DNA from: a virus
Lineage: Duplodnaviria; Caudoviricetes
Direction: 5' to 3' (one strand)
Virus record (IMG/VR): IMGVR_UViG_3300045136_000360
Location: 1-50,694 of that record
Length of the DNA: 50,694 nucleotides
A program made the translations under genes and the position numbers. The number at the start of each line of letters is the position of its first letter. The first letter of the stretch is position 1. The notes under the pieces were generated by a model, which saw nothing but the letters and a program-made list of their open reading frames with translations, did no database searches and was not told the DNA's origin. Shown here piece after piece: positions 8,114-17,477 of the stretch.

Positions 8114-8896
8114 ATGACTGAGGTCGGGCGGGCGATCGACGCGGGGGGCTGGGCGATCCGGGTGGTCGGCCACGATATGGTGGCCCCGGACCAACTCCTG
8201 GCGAACCCGCGCAACTGGCGGCTGCACCCCCGGAGCCAACAGCAGGCGCTCGATGAGGCGGTGGCCGAGGTGGGGTTCATCCGGAGCGTGACGGTCAACC
8301 GCCGGACGGGCTTCATCGTGGACGGGCACCTGCGGGTGGAGCGGGCGCTGGCGGCCGGGGTGACGGCGATCCCGGTGGAGTACGTGGACCTGTCGGAAGA
8401 GGAGGAATGGAAGGCGCTGCTGTTCTTTGACCCGATCGCGGCGCTGGCGACCAAGGACGAGGCGGCGCTGGCGGCGCTGCGGGGCGAGGTGGACCTGAAG
8501 GGCGAGCAACTGCGGAAGCTGGCCGACGACCTGACCGGCGGGGCGAAGGAAACCAGCGACGGCTCGCTGCTGGCGCTGGTGGACGTGACGATCGGGGAGC
8601 CGCGGCATCAGGTGGCCGGGGGCGACGTCTGGCGGGTGGGGCCGCACATCCTGATCTGCGCCGACGTGATGGCCGGCTGGCCCGTTTGGGCGGACTACCT
8701 GCAGGAGGGGACGCTGTTCGTCCCCTACCCCGGCCCGTTCGTGCCCCTCTCGCTCCGGGCCGATGAGACGGCGCTGGTGCTGGTGCAACCGGACCCCTAC
8801 ATCGCCGGGCACCTGCTGGACCGCTACGCCGACGTCCGGGGAGAGGAGGCGGTGGGGCTGGAGCAGCGCACCGCCGAGCCGGGGGGTGCCCGATGA
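8114..8896 (+). CDS. ParB/Srx-like N-terminal domain protein
   Basis: ANPRNWRLH...GF...VTVN..TG.IVDGHLRV; later GDVWRVGPHILICAD linker. Confidence 0.8.
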   Translation: MTEVGRAIDAGGWAIRVVGHDMVAPDQLLANPRNWRLHPRSQQQALDEAVAEVGFIRSVTVNRRTGFIVDGHLRVERALAAGVTAIPVEYVDLSEEEEWKALLFFDPIAALATKDEAALAALRGEVDLKGEQLRKLADDLTGGAKETSDGSLLALVDVTIGEPRHQVAGGDVWRVGPHILICADVMAGWPVWADYLQEGTLFVPYPGPFVPLSLRADETALVLVQPDPYIAGHLLDRYADVRGEEAVGLEQRTAEPGGAR

Positions 8897-9093
8897 GCGA
8901 GATCGGGCCGCCCTCCCCGGTGGGCATCGGGCTGGCCTGCCTGGGGGCCGTGATCGCGGGACGGGCGCTGCTGGCGCTGGGCGGCGACCTGCCCCCGTCC
9001 CCGCCCGGCCCCGAACAACTGTTCGCCTGCCTGGCGACCGCGCTGGCCCTGGGGCTGGCGCTGCTGCGGGCGGGCGGGGGGATGCGGCCATGA
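8893..9093 (+). CDS. small membrane protein
   Basis: Two hydrophobic segments; ATGA overlaps on both sides. Confidence 0.5.
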   Translation: MSEIGPPSPVGIGLACLGAVIAGRALLALGGDLPPSPPGPEQLFACLATALALGLALLRAGGGMRP

Positions 9094-10004
9094 CCGAGCG
9101 CATCCGGACCGGCGGGACCTGGGACCCGGCGGCGCCCCCGATCTATTTCCTGGCCTCCAACGTGGACCGGATGCAGTGGGGCGTGCCGTGCCATGACCAC
9201 CTGCTGGTGGCGGTGAACGAGCTCCAGACCGAGGGCAATATCGAGAAGGTGGGGGGCTGGATCGCCGCCGGCAAGCAGGTGTTCATCGACAGTGGCATCT
9301 TCTGGCTGACCAACGAGCATGCCCGGCGCAATGGCGTGTCGATGGACGCGGCGCTGGCGCTGGCGCCGGAGGAGATCGACGGCTTCGAGGACCTCTGGAA
9401 GCGCTACCTCTACATCGTGAACCGCTACGGCGACCGGGCCTGGGGCTATATCGAGCTCGACCAGGGAGGGCGGGAGAACAAGCTCCGGACCCGCGCCCGG
9501 CTGGAGGCCGCCGGCCTGCGCCCGATCCCCGTCTATCACCCCCTGAACGATGGCTGGGACTACTTTGACGAGTTGGCAACCCGGTATGACCGCATCTGCT
9601 TCGGCAACATCGTGCAGGCCGACCAGTCGACCCGGCTGCGGCTGCTGGCGACGCTCTGGGAGCGCAAGTGCCGGTACCCCGACCTGTGGGTGCACGTGCT
9701 GGGGATGACCCCCAACGAATGGTTCAACGCCTACCCGCCGTCGAGTTCCGACAGCTCGACCTGGCTCTCCATCGTGCGCTGGGACTGCTACCGGGACGCG
9801 GCGGCGGGCAAGGGGTTCGGGAGGATGCCGAAGAACTTCCAGTACGCGCTGGGGGGCGACCCGGAGGGCGACACCGGCAGCCGGAAGGCGGTCCGGATGG
9901 CGAGCTACGGGAGCAACCTGATCGAGCGCAACCTGCGGAACCACCTGGCGGCCCTGCGGCGGCTGGGCTGCGTCATCCACCCCCCGGAGGACACCCGTGG
10001 CTGA
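9090..10004 (+). CDS. dpdA: DpdA-like 7-deazaguanine DNA transglycosylase (TGT fold)
   Basis: VFIDSG, PIPVYH, VHVLG, SSDSSTW motifs; sits directly upstream of queD/queE/folE. Confidence 0.78.
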   Translation: MTERIRTGGTWDPAAPPIYFLASNVDRMQWGVPCHDHLLVAVNELQTEGNIEKVGGWIAAGKQVFIDSGIFWLTNEHARRNGVSMDAALALAPEEIDGFEDLWKRYLYIVNRYGDRAWGYIELDQGGRENKLRTRARLEAAGLRPIPVYHPLNDGWDYFDELATRYDRICFGNIVQADQSTRLRLLATLWERKCRYPDLWVHVLGMTPNEWFNAYPPSSSDSSTWLSIVRWDCYRDAAAGKGFGRMPKNFQYALGGDPEGDTGSRKAVRMASYGSNLIERNLRNHLAALRRLGCVIHPPEDTRG

Positions 10005-10374
10005 GACGATGCTGGCGATCGTGCGGTTCGCGGCCGAGGGCTGGCACCGCTGGCCGGACGCCCCCGACCGGCGCCGCTACCTGCGGGACCCCCACCGCCA
10101 TCTGTTTCACATCGAGGTGGCGATCGAGGTGCGGCACGACGAGCGGGAGATCGAGTACCACGACCTGCTGGACCTGTGCCGGCGCCTGTGGCCCGACCGG
10201 GAGTTGGACGGCCGCGCGCCCGGCGACTGCGCCGCCTGGTCGTGCGAGACGCTGGCCCGCTCCCTGGCCGACCGCCTGGGGGCGATCTACCCCGGCCGGG
10301 CGCTGCAGGTGCGGGTGTTCGAGGATGGGGAGGTGGGCGCGCTGCTGGCCCGCCTCCCCACCAGTCAGGAGTAG
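9997..10374 (+). CDS. QueD-like T-fold protein, DpdL-like (predicted CDG decarboxylase)
   Basis: EGWH...LRDPHRHLF...EIEY...SCETLA...EDGE; LxxxHRHxF instead of CxxxHGH. Confidence 0.65.
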   Translation: MAETMLAIVRFAAEGWHRWPDAPDRRRYLRDPHRHLFHIEVAIEVRHDEREIEYHDLLDLCRRLWPDRELDGRAPGDCAAWSCETLARSLADRLGAIYPGRALQVRVFEDGEVGALLARLPTSQE

Positions 10375-10379
10375 CACGC

Positions 10380-10772
10380 ATGTTCCGAATCACCAAGGAG
10401 TTCTCGTTCTCGGCCTCGCACGTGCTGGCGGGCTTGCCCGAGGGGCACCCCTGCGGCCGGCTGCACGGGCACAACTACCGGGTGGAGGTGGTCCTGGAGG
10501 GGGAGGTGGACGGGATCGGGTTCGTGCTGGACTACAACGCGCTCGCCCCGCTGGCCGACCACCTGAAGGCGCGGTTCGACCACCGGCATCTGAACGACGT
10601 GCTGGCGCCATTGAACCCCACGGCCGAGCACCTGGCCTACTACCTGTATCACTGGATCGCTGGGGCATTCCCCGACTGGCCGCTGGCGGAGGTGCGGGTG
10701 AGCGAGACGGCCAAGACGTGGGCCAGCTACCGGCCAGATGGTCCGGATGGGATGGAGGTTCCGGGTGACTGA
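10380..10772 (+). CDS. queD: 6-carboxy-5,6,7,8-tetrahydropterin synthase
   Basis: FSASH, CGRLHGHNY, FDHRHLND, PTAE, VSET. Confidence 0.95.
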   Translation: MFRITKEFSFSASHVLAGLPEGHPCGRLHGHNYRVEVVLEGEVDGIGFVLDYNALAPLADHLKARFDHRHLNDVLAPLNPTAEHLAYYLYHWIAGAFPDWPLAEVRVSETAKTWASYRPDGPDGMEVPGD

Positions 10773-11448
10773 TCACACCTACCGGGTGAATGACGTGTAC
10801 GCCTGCATCCAGGGGGAGGGGGCGCTGGCGGGCCTGCCGATGGTGCTGCTGCGCCTGCATGGCTGCGGCGTCGGCTGCCCCTTCTGCGACACGAAGGAGA
10901 CGTGGGAAACCACGGCAGCCAACCGGGTTCCAACCCTCGACGATGCCCTGGGGGCCAACCCCCGCTGGTGCGAGATGACCGCGGACGCGCTGGCCGCCGC
11001 CCTGCGGGAGCGCTTCCCGCGCCTGGGCTGGGTGCTCGTGACCGGGGGCGAGCCCGCCGACCAGCCCCTCGGCCCGCTGGTGGAGGCGCTGCACCGCAAG
11101 CACTTCATCGCCGCCCTGGAAACCAGCGGCACCGCCCTGGGCCACGTGGGGGCGCGCTTCCACTGGGTCTGCGTCAGCCCCAAGATCGGCATGCCCGGCG
11201 GCCGGCCCATCCTGCCGGACGCGCTGGCGAGCGCCAATGAGATCAAGATGGTGATCGGCCGGCAATCCGACCTGGATAAGCTAGACACCCTACTGGCCGA
11301 CCACCGGGGGCATATCCCGGCCAGCGCCATGATCTCGCTCCAGCCCATGAGCGCGAATGCAACCGCCACCCGGCTCTGCTTGGAGACGGCCCTGGCGCGG
11401 GGCTGGCGACTCTCCCTGCAATTGCACAAGTACATCGGCGCGAGGTGA
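10765..11448 (+). CDS. queE: 7-carboxy-7-deazaguanine synthase (radical SAM)
   Basis: IQGEG, GCGVGCPFCDT, VTGGEP, ETSG, VSPK, LSLQLHKY. Confidence 0.95.
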   Translation: MTDHTYRVNDVYACIQGEGALAGLPMVLLRLHGCGVGCPFCDTKETWETTAANRVPTLDDALGANPRWCEMTADALAAALRERFPRLGWVLVTGGEPADQPLGPLVEALHRKHFIAALETSGTALGHVGARFHWVCVSPKIGMPGGRPILPDALASANEIKMVIGRQSDLDKLDTLLADHRGHIPASAMISLQPMSANATATRLCLETALARGWRLSLQLHKYIGAR

Positions 11449-11452
11449 CGGC

Positions 11453-12001
11453 ATGAGCGTGGACACGGCCGCGATCGAGAACGCCATCCGGACGATCCTG
11501 GCCGCCATCGGGGAGGACCCCGAGCGGGAGGGGCTGCGGGACACCCCGGCGCGCGTCGCCCGCTTCTGGCGGGAGTTCGTGGACTACGACCCCGGCGAGA
11601 TCGAGCGGGTGTTCACCGCTACCCGGCGGGGCCAGCTCGTGGCCGTGGCCGGGATGCGGGTCTGGAGCCTGTGCGAGCATCACCTGCTGCCCTTCTGGTG
11701 CGACGTGACGATCGGCTACCTGCCCCGCGGGCGGGTGCTGGGCCTGAGCAAGTTCGCTCGGGTCGCCCACCAGCACGCCCACGGGCTGCAAATCCAGGAG
11801 CGGCTGGCCGGGCAGATCGCCCGCTCGATCGAGGAGGCCACCGGCTCGCCCGACGTGGGCGTGATCGTGACCGGCGAGCACCTGTGCATGACGATGCGGG
11901 GCATCCGGACGCCGGGGCGGATGACGACCCTCGACTTCCGAGGGCGGCTGGACGAGGACCCGACCCTCCAGGCGCACTTGCTGCGCCTGGCCGGGGTTTG
12001 A
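11453..12001 (+). CDS. folE: GTP cyclohydrolase I
   Basis: EGLRDTPARV, SLCEHHLLPF, GLSKFAR, QIQERL, HLCMTMRG. Confidence 0.96.
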   Translation: MSVDTAAIENAIRTILAAIGEDPEREGLRDTPARVARFWREFVDYDPGEIERVFTATRRGQLVAVAGMRVWSLCEHHLLPFWCDVTIGYLPRGRVLGLSKFARVAHQHAHGLQIQERLAGQIARSIEEATGSPDVGVIVTGEHLCMTMRGIRTPGRMTTLDFRGRLDEDPTLQAHLLRLAGV

Positions 12002-12016
12002 GCGTGGGGCTTTGAG

Positions 12017-12577
12017 ATGGCGGCGCCGAAACGGACGCGGCAGCAGCGGGAAATGGACCTGAGCCTGATCGCCGACTGGATGGCGGAGGGCCGGGGGCTG
12101 ATGGAGATCACCAGCTTGCTCAACGGCCGGCGGGGGCCGGACGGCTATACCCTGACCTACCAGCAGATTCATCTCGACATGCGGGAGGTGGAGAAACGCT
12201 GGAAGCTCAACCAGCTTGAGAAGTTCGACGAGCTCAGGGGGAAGCGCCGGGCGGAGTTGGAGCGGCTGAAACGGGTGGCCTGGGATGAATGGTACGCCTC
12301 CAAGCGGGTCAAGGAGATTAGCACCTCCGAGCAGGCCGGGGAGCGGCGGCGGGTGAGCCTGCGGCGGGAGGAGCGGGTGGGGGACCCGCGCTTCCTGGAG
12401 GTGATCCACAAGTGCATCGACCGGCTGATCAAACTGGACGGGGTGGACGTGCAGGAGACGGTGGAACTGGTGATCCGCAAGGAGGCGGAGGAGATCGCGC
12501 GGGAGTTCGGGCTGGACCCGGCGGACGTGCTGCGGGAGGCGCAGGACGTTCTCAGGCGCTCCCGAGGGGAGTCCTGA
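12017..12577 (+). CDS. putative terminase small subunit
   Basis: Helical HTH-like protein immediately upstream of the large terminase. Confidence 0.6.
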   Translation: MAAPKRTRQQREMDLSLIADWMAEGRGLMEITSLLNGRRGPDGYTLTYQQIHLDMREVEKRWKLNQLEKFDELRGKRRAELERLKRVAWDEWYASKRVKEISTSEQAGERRRVSLRREERVGDPRFLEVIHKCIDRLIKLDGVDVQETVELVIRKEAEEIAREFGLDPADVLREAQDVLRRSRGES

Positions 12578-12578
12578 C

Positions 12579-14261
12579 GTGGTGGCGGCCCGGTCGGAGC
12601 GGCTGGAGGCGACGCTGACCGCGCTGACGGCGGTGCGGTTGCGCCGGCTCTATCACCAGCGGGCGGCGGCGGCGATGGGCCGGGAGGTGCCCGAGCCGAC
12701 CGACCGGGACCTGCGGGAGTTGGAGGGGGACTGGGAAGGCTGGCTGGGGGCGATGTTTCCCGGGGCAATGGCGGCGCCGTTCGGGGAGCACCATCGGCGC
12801 TACTGGGAGTTGATCTGGTCGATCGAGGCCGGGGAGCGCCCCCGCCCGATCGTGATGATCCTGGCCCGTGGGGGAGGCAAGTCGACCTGCGCGCAGGGGG
12901 CGGTCGTCGCCCTCGGGGCGCGGCGCAAGCGCCGGTACGGGCTGTACGTGTCGGGGACGCAGGACCAGGCCGACAAGCACCTGGCGGACGTGGAGAACCT
13001 GCTGGGCTCGCCCGGCATCGAGCGTTATTACCCCGACCTGGCCCGCCGCAAGGTCAACAAGTACGGCCACTCGCGGGGCTGGCGGCGCAACCGGCTGTGG
13101 ACCGCCAGCGGGTTCGTGGTGGACGCGATGGGCTTCGATACCGCCATCCGGGGTATCAAGGCCATGAACCAGCGCCCGGACTTCATCGTGATCGATGACG
13201 TGGACGCCCAGCACGACTCCCCCGAGGTGGTGCGGAAGAAGATCGACATCCTGACCGGGAGCATCTTGCCGGCCGGCTCGGGGGATTGTGCCGTGCTGGC
13301 GATCCAGAACGTGGTGCACCCGGACGGGGTGTTCGCCCGGCTGGGCGGGGTGAGCAAGACGCCCGCCGACTTCCTGGCCGACCGGGTGCTGATCGGTCCG
13401 ATCCCTGCCGTGGTCGGGCTGACCTACGAGCAGCGGGAGGATGACGAGGGCCGGCTGCGGTTCGTCATCACCGGGGGGACCGCCACCTGGGAGGGGCAGT
13501 CCCTGACGGTCTGCCAGCATCAGATCGACACGATGGGCATGAGCGCCTTCCTGCGAGAGGCGCAGCATCAGGTTGGCGCGCCACCGGGCGGGATGTTCTC
13601 ACACCTGCGCTACCAGCACGTGACGCGAGGCGAGATGCCGGCGCTGGTGCGGGTGGAGGTGTGGGTGGACCCGGCGGTGACGGACACGGATCAGTCGGAC
13701 GCCCACGGCATCCAGGCTGACGGGCTGGGCGTGGATGGGCGGGTCTACCGGCTGTTCTCCTGGGAGGACCGGACGACGCCCGAGGACTCGCTGCGGCGGG
13801 CGATCGCCAAGGCCGTGGAACTGGGGTCGCTGGTGGTGGGGGTCGAGACGGACCAGGGGGGCGACACCTGGCGGAGCGTGTACGAGCGGGCCTGGGAGCG
13901 CTTCGCGGCCGACTGGCGGGAGGCGCGGCCGGGCCGGGACCTGCCCCGGCGACCCGACTTCGTGTGGGCCAAGGCGGGCCAGGGGCACGGCCCCAAGGTC
14001 CACCGGGCCAGCCAGATGCTGGCCGACTACGAGGCGGGTGGGATCGTGCACGTGACCGGGACGCACGAGACGCTGGAAGCGGCGCTGTTCCGCTACCCGC
14101 TGACCAAGCCGCTCGATCTGGTGGACGCCGGCTACTGGTCGTGGGCCAGCCTGCGGAACCGATTCACCCCGACCGCGCTCCCGGAGAGCCTGGAAGCGCC
14201 GAGTATCTGGAGCATGGAGCGGGGCGATACCCTTGGGGATGATGAATACGGCGACGACTAG
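12579..14261 (+). CDS. terL: terminase large subunit
   Basis: Walker A ARGGGKST, Walker B FIVIDDVD, nuclease VDPA...DLVDA; upstream of portal. Confidence 0.9.
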   Translation: MVAARSERLEATLTALTAVRLRRLYHQRAAAAMGREVPEPTDRDLRELEGDWEGWLGAMFPGAMAAPFGEHHRRYWELIWSIEAGERPRPIVMILARGGGKSTCAQGAVVALGARRKRRYGLYVSGTQDQADKHLADVENLLGSPGIERYYPDLARRKVNKYGHSRGWRRNRLWTASGFVVDAMGFDTAIRGIKAMNQRPDFIVIDDVDAQHDSPEVVRKKIDILTGSILPAGSGDCAVLAIQNVVHPDGVFARLGGVSKTPADFLADRVLIGPIPAVVGLTYEQREDDEGRLRFVITGGTATWEGQSLTVCQHQIDTMGMSAFLREAQHQVGAPPGGMFSHLRYQHVTRGEMPALVRVEVWVDPAVTDTDQSDAHGIQADGLGVDGRVYRLFSWEDRTTPEDSLRRAIAKAVELGSLVVGVETDQGGDTWRSVYERAWERFAADWREARPGRDLPRRPDFVWAKAGQGHGPKVHRASQMLADYEAGGIVHVTGTHETLEAALFRYPLTKPLDLVDAGYWSWASLRNRFTPTALPESLEAPSIWSMERGDTLGDDEYGDD

Positions 14262-14273
14262 GAGGGGTGGGCG

Positions 14274-16742
14274 ATGGTGGCGGAAGAGGCGCGGCCGGCG
14301 GGCCGGCTGGTGCTGGAGGAGATCGGGCGCACCGGCCTCACTCAGCACGGGGGGTACATCTATGAGGAGTACACCCGCGAGCTTCATGGCACCCGCTGGC
14401 GGGACACCGTGCGGGACATGGTGGACAACGACCCGATCGTGGGGGCGATCCTGTTCGCGGTGGGGATGTTGCTGCGGGGCGTGACCTGGACGATTGTGCC
14501 GGCCTCGGACGATCCAGAGGATGAGGCGGTCGGCCAGTTCTTCTCCGAGTGCTGGCAGGACATGAGCCATACCCCGGAGCAGTTTCTGGCCGAGTGCCTG
14601 AGTTTCCTGCCCTGGGGGTGGTCGCTGCACGAGATCGTCTATAAGCAACGCCTGGGCCCCAACCAGACCGACCCCAGCAAGCGGAGCCAGTACGACGACG
14701 GGCGGATCGGCTGGCGCAAGTTTGCCATCCGGTCGCAGGACACCCTCTTGAAGTGGGAGATCGATGACGCGGACGGCTCGGTGCGGGGCATGTGGCAGCA
14801 ACTGCCCACCACCGGGAAACTGGTGTTCATCCCGATCGAGAAGTCCTTGCTCTTCCGGACGACCAGCCGCAAGGGGAACCCCGAGGGGCGGAGCATCCTG
14901 CGGAACGCGGTGCGGCCCTGGCACTTCCGCAAACACATCGAGACGATCGAGGGGATCGGGGTCGAGCGGGACCTGGCGGGGTTGCCGGTGCTGTACGCCC
15001 CGAGCCAGATCATGCTGGACAACGCCAGCCCGGCCGAAAAGACCCTGTACAGCCAACTCAAGCGGATCATCCGGAACATCAAGCGGGATGAGCAGGAGGG
15101 CCTGATCATCCCCGGCGACCGGGATGACAAGGGCAACCGGCGGTACGAGTTGACCCTGCTGTCGACTGGCGGGCAGCGGCAGTTCGACACCAACACGATC
15201 GTCACCCGCTACGCCCAGCAGCTCGCCATGACCGTGCTGGCGGATTTCGTCTTGCTGGGCCATGAGAAGGTTGGGTCCTTCGCCCTCTCCAGCGACAAGA
15301 CGGGCATGTTCACCTTCGCGCTGAACACCTGGGCGGCCGAGATCGCGGGGGTGCTGAACCGCTACGCCGTCCCCCGGCTGATGGCCCTCAACGGCATGGA
15401 CCCGCGTCGCCGGCCGACCTTCCAGCCCGGCGAGGTGCAGGCCCCCGACCTGGGCGCTCTGGCCGACTACGTGACGAAACTGGCCGGATCGGGGGTGCCA
15501 CTGTTCCCCGACCCGGAGCTTGAGGGCTACCTGCGCCGGGTGGCCAAACTGCCGACCCCGCCGCTCGAGGAGCTTGAGGCGCGGGCGAACGAATTGCGTC
15601 AATTGCGTCAGGAGGAGGCGGAACGCCGGGAGGTCGAGATGGCGGTGATGGCGACGCGGGGACAGGGTGGCGGGCCACCGGAGGGCGAGGCGCCGGACCA
15701 GGGGCAGCAGGCGCGGGAGGTGGCGCTATGGCCCGGCTGGGGGGAATACAACCGGCGGGTGGGCATGACCCGGCGCACGGCGGAGGATGACATCGACGTG
15801 GACCATGAGGCGCGCCGGCAGGGGGACGGCTGGCGGGAGGCGGCGTTGCCGGTCGATCCGCGGGTGCCGGCCTACGCGACCGGGCCGGTGAGTCTGGACA
15901 CGGCGGTGGCGGAGATCATCGCGGACCAGCGCTGGGAGGCCGAGGGCCGCAAGCGGGCGGAGCGGGTGCAGGACGAGCGGGCGCGCCGGGGGGAGGCGGG
16001 CGCGCCACAGACGTTCCACCTGGCCGGGCAGCACGACCAGAAGACGCACGGACACGGCGGGACCGGGGCCGGTGGTGGCCCGGCGGGCACGCCGGTGAGC
16101 AAGGCGCTGACGCACGATCCGCTCCACCCGCCGATCATCGCCACGACACTGGCGGAGACGATGGCGGTGATCGATGCCGTGCACGGGGACGGCGACCTGC
16201 CGACGATCCCCGTGCGCCTGGGGGGCAACACGGCCGGGGTGTACAACTACACCGTGGCCCCGGACGGGCGCAAGGTCGCCCGAGAGATCGGGGTAAGCCC
16301 GGGCCTGGCGATGGGGAGCCCTCACTGGGCATTGACGCACGAGGTGGGGCACCTCCTGGATCAGCAGGGGTTCGGCGGGGGCAAGGGCTGGAGTTCCCGC
16401 CACGACCCGCACCCGGCCTGGCAGGCGTTCCGGGACGCGGTTGACGCCTCCCCAACCATTCAGCATCTCCGGGCGCTGCATACCGGGAAGGCCCAATTGC
16501 CCGGCCAGGGGAAATCCCTGCTCCAGCAGGGCAAGTACGTGGATTACCTCTTGAAGCCGGAGGAGGTGTTTGCGCGGGCCTACACCCAGTGGATCGCGGT
16601 GAAGGCGAACCACAAGGGGATGCTGGGGGTGATCAACAAGACGACCAGTGGGCCGATCCCGATGCACTGGCCCAAGAGCGAGTGGGGGCCGATCGGGGCG
16701 GCATTGGACGCGCTGTTCGCGGCGAAGGGCTGGACGCAGTAG
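14274..16742 (+). CDS. portal protein (Mu gp29/DUF935-like) with a C-terminal HExxH zincin-like extension
   Basis: GNPEGRSILR...GIGVERDLAGLP...GSFALS portal motifs; HEVGH at 16338 and EEVFARAY in the extension. Confidence 0.85.
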   Translation: MVAEEARPAGRLVLEEIGRTGLTQHGGYIYEEYTRELHGTRWRDTVRDMVDNDPIVGAILFAVGMLLRGVTWTIVPASDDPEDEAVGQFFSECWQDMSHTPEQFLAECLSFLPWGWSLHEIVYKQRLGPNQTDPSKRSQYDDGRIGWRKFAIRSQDTLLKWEIDDADGSVRGMWQQLPTTGKLVFIPIEKSLLFRTTSRKGNPEGRSILRNAVRPWHFRKHIETIEGIGVERDLAGLPVLYAPSQIMLDNASPAEKTLYSQLKRIIRNIKRDEQEGLIIPGDRDDKGNRRYELTLLSTGGQRQFDTNTIVTRYAQQLAMTVLADFVLLGHEKVGSFALSSDKTGMFTFALNTWAAEIAGVLNRYAVPRLMALNGMDPRRRPTFQPGEVQAPDLGALADYVTKLAGSGVPLFPDPELEGYLRRVAKLPTPPLEELEARANELRQLRQEEAERREVEMAVMATRGQGGGPPEGEAPDQGQQAREVALWPGWGEYNRRVGMTRRTAEDDIDVDHEARRQGDGWREAALPVDPRVPAYATGPVSLDTAVAEIIADQRWEAEGRKRAERVQDERARRGEAGAPQTFHLAGQHDQKTHGHGGTGAGGGPAGTPVSKALTHDPLHPPIIATTLAETMAVIDAVHGDGDLPTIPVRLGGNTAGVYNYTVAPDGRKVAREIGVSPGLAMGSPHWALTHEVGHLLDQQGFGGGKGWSSRHDPHPAWQAFRDAVDASPTIQHLRALHTGKAQLPGQGKSLLQQGKYVDYLLKPEEVFARAYTQWIAVKANHKGMLGVINKTTSGPIPMHWPKSEWGPIGAALDALFAAKGWTQ

Positions 16743-16754
16743 GAGGAGCGCGGG

Positions 16755-16964
16755 GTGGATGACCGGCTGAAGGCGATCATGGACTTCCTGGGAGTGGATG
16801 AGGGGATGGCCCGGCTGGTGATGGCGGTCGAGGACGGGGAGGTGCCCGGGGATGCCTACGCCGTGGATGAGGCCGGCAACCCACTGCCCGATAGCGAGGA
16901 TTTCGACCGCTGGGCGGAGAGCGCGGGGCGCTGGAATGGGGAGGGCAATGAAGGCGGTGATTAG
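16755..16964 (+). CDS. small acidic hypothetical protein
   Basis: AGGAGG RBS; follows portal. Confidence 0.6.
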   Translation: MDDRLKAIMDFLGVDEGMARLVMAVEDGEVPGDAYAVDEAGNPLPDSEDFDRWAESAGRWNGEGNEGGD

Positions 16965-17250
16965 CATCGTGGTCGAGGTGGCCGATGAGGCGGCGGCGCA
17001 CCGGCTGGGGGCGGCGCTGCTGGGCCAGTTCATCGAGCCGGCCGAGGGGCGGGTGAGCCTGCTGCCCGAGGGGAGCGAATTCCTGGGCATCTGCTACGGG
17101 GAGCCGGCGGCGGGGGAGGATGCCGGGACGGCGGTGGAGGTCGCCCCGGAGCCGGCCCCGGAGCCCGAGACCGGGCCGAGCGCGGTGGAGATCGCGGAGG
17201 AGATCATCCGGCAGAACCGGAAGAAGAAGCGGGGGGACCGGGGGGCATGA
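16948..17250 (+). CDS. hypothetical protein
   Basis: Overlapping operon arrangement, RBS. Confidence 0.55.
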   Translation: MKAVISIVVEVADEAAAHRLGAALLGQFIEPAEGRVSLLPEGSEFLGICYGEPAAGEDAGTAVEVAPEPAPEPETGPSAVEIAEEIIRQNRKKKRGDRGA

Positions 17251-17477
17251 CGATCTGGCTGGCCCTGTGTCTGGACGATGGCGAGCCGGCCCCGCTGGGA
17301 GCCTACATCGACCTGCCGACCTTGCAGCGGCACGTGGAGTCCTGCCCGGCGGTGCGGGACGCGGCGGCCAGCGGCGAGCCGGTGGCCTGGCGGCGGCTGG
17401 CCCCGGACAAATGGCAACTGGACGTGCTGTGGACGACCTACCAGGCATTCCGGCTGACGGTCGAGGGCGCGGCCTGA
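17247..17477 (+). CDS. hypothetical protein
   Basis: ATGA/TGATG coupling on both sides. Confidence 0.55.
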   Translation: MTIWLALCLDDGEPAPLGAYIDLPTLQRHVESCPAVRDAAASGEPVAWRRLAPDKWQLDVLWTTYQAFRLTVEGAA

